A stretch of DNA of 64,000 nt from Escherichia coli (lineage in GTDB: Bacteria; Pseudomonadota; Gammaproteobacteria; Enterobacterales; Enterobacteriaceae). Numbering within the stretch: position 1 is the first letter of the stretch; the number at the start of each line of letters is the position of its first letter. Of the stretch, positions 62,908 to 64,000 are shown piece by piece. Below the pieces are notes generated by a model. That model saw nothing but the letters and a program-made list of their open reading frames with translations. It did not search any database and had not been told where the DNA came from. Location: NCBI RefSeq assembly GCF_003334785.1, contig NZ_QOWV01000001.1; one strand, given 5' to 3'. Position numbers and translations under genes: made by a program.

Positions 62908-64000
62908 TTAAGCGGATTTTTTCGCTTTTTTCTCAGCTTTAGCCGGAGCAGCTTCTTTCTTCGCTGCAGTTTCACCTTCTACATAATCACGACCGTAGTA
63001 GGTATCCAGCAGAATCTGTTTCAGCTCGGAGATCAGCGGGTAACGCGGGTTAGCGCCGGTGCACTGGTCATCGAATGCATCTTCAGACAGTTTATCCACG
63101 TTCGCCAGGAAGTCTGCTTCCTGAACGCCAGCTTCACGGATAGATTTCGGAATACCCAGTTCAGCTTTCAGCGTTTCCAGCCATGCCAGCAGTTTCTCGA
63201 TCTTAGCAGCAGTACGGTCGCCCGGTGCGCTCAGACCCAAGTGGTCGGCAATTTCAGCATAACGACGGCGAGCCTGCGGACGGTCATACTGGCTGAATGC
63301 AGTCTGCTTGGTCGGGTTGTCGTTCGCATTGTAGCGAATAACGTTACAAATCAGCAGGGCGTTTGCCAGACCGTGCGGAATATGGAACTGGGAACCCAGT
63401 TTGTGCGCCATTGAGTGACATACACCCAGGAAGGCGTTCGCAAACGCGATACCCGCGATAGTCGCTGCACTGTGAACACGTTCACGCGCTACCGGATTTT
63501 TAGACCCTTCGTGGTAGGACGCTGGCAGATATTCTTTCAGCAGTTTCAGTGCCTGCAGAGCCTGACCATCAGAGAACTCAGATGCCAGTACAGAAACATA
63601 AGCTTCCATGGCGTGAGTTACTGCGTCCAGACCACCGAAAGCACACAGGGACTTCGGCATGTCCATAACCAGGTTGGCGTCGACAATCGCCATATCCGGA
63701 GTCAGCGCATAGTCTGCCAGCGGATATTTCTGACCAGTAGCGTCGTCAGTTACAACCGCAAACGGAGTGACTTCAGAACCTGTACCAGAAGTGGTGGTGA
63801 CAGCGATCATTTTCGCTTTCACGCCCATTTTCGGGAACTTGTAGATACGTTTACGGATATCCATAAAGCGCAGCGCCAGCTCTTCGAAGTGAGTTTCCGG
63901 ATGTTCGTACATAACCCACATGATCTTCGCGGCGTCCATCGGGGAACCACCACCCAGCGCGATAATCACGTCTGGTTTGAAGGAGTTTGCCAGTTCTGCA
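62908..64000 (-). CDS. adhE: Bifunctional aldehyde/alcohol dehydrogenase, 3' (C-terminal) part; gene continues past the window end
   Basis: 353-aa ORF fragment from the Fe-ADH domain, ending ...AAPAKAEKKAKKSA. Confidence 0.9.
   Translation of the reverse strand, partial: AELANSFKPDVIIALGGGSPMDAAKIMWVMYEHPETHFEELALRFMDIRKRIYKFPKMGVKAKMIAVTTTSGTGSEVTPFAVVTDDATGQKYPLADYALTPDMAIVDANLVMDMPKSLCAFGGLDAVTHAMEAYVSVLASEFSDGQALQALKLLKEYLPASYHEGSKNPVARERVHSAATIAGIAFANAFLGVCHSMAHKLGSQFHIPHGLANALLICNVIRYNANDNPTKQTAFSQYDRPQARRRYAEIADHLGLSAPGDRTAAKIEKLLAWLETLKAELGIPKSIREAGVQEADFLANVDKLSEDAFDDQCTGANPRYPLISELKQILLDTYYGRDYVEGETAAKKEAAPAKAEKKAKKSA

Overview
This window reads as an Escherichia coli K-12-like chromosomal segment running from the 5' part of nhaB to the 3' end of adhE, with gene content and order matching what I recall of that region: fadR, ycgB, dadAX, cvrA, ldcA, emtA, ycgR, ymgE, ycgY, treA, dhaMLK/dhaR, ycgV, ychF, pth, ychH, dauA, prs, ispE, lolB, hemA, prfA, prmC, ychQ, ychA, kdsA, three ldr/rdl toxin-antisense repeats, chaABC, ychN, ychO, narLX, narK, narGHJI, tandem tRNA-Tyr genes with 178-bp repeats, purU, ychJ, rssAB, galU, hns, tdk and an IS4-like transposase remnant. 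Gene names come from reading the translations against remembered protein sequences; no database search was run. The one element that does not fit the housekeeping layout is a ~1.35 kb IS110/IS1111-family insertion sequence (about 13477..14830) sitting inside the third codon of treA. It carries a 334-aa DEDD-type recombinase, perfect 13-bp inverted repeats near both ends, the same GA(T) on both flanks, and a 279-bp non-coding right end that is the best candidate for a guide (bridge/seek-like) RNA. Joining the element's ends would create a TTGCAA-N17-GATAAT promoter pointing into the recombinase gene. Other features worth noting are an ERIC repeat between narK and narG, FNR/NarL sites, REP elements after narI, and candidate DhaR operator dyads.
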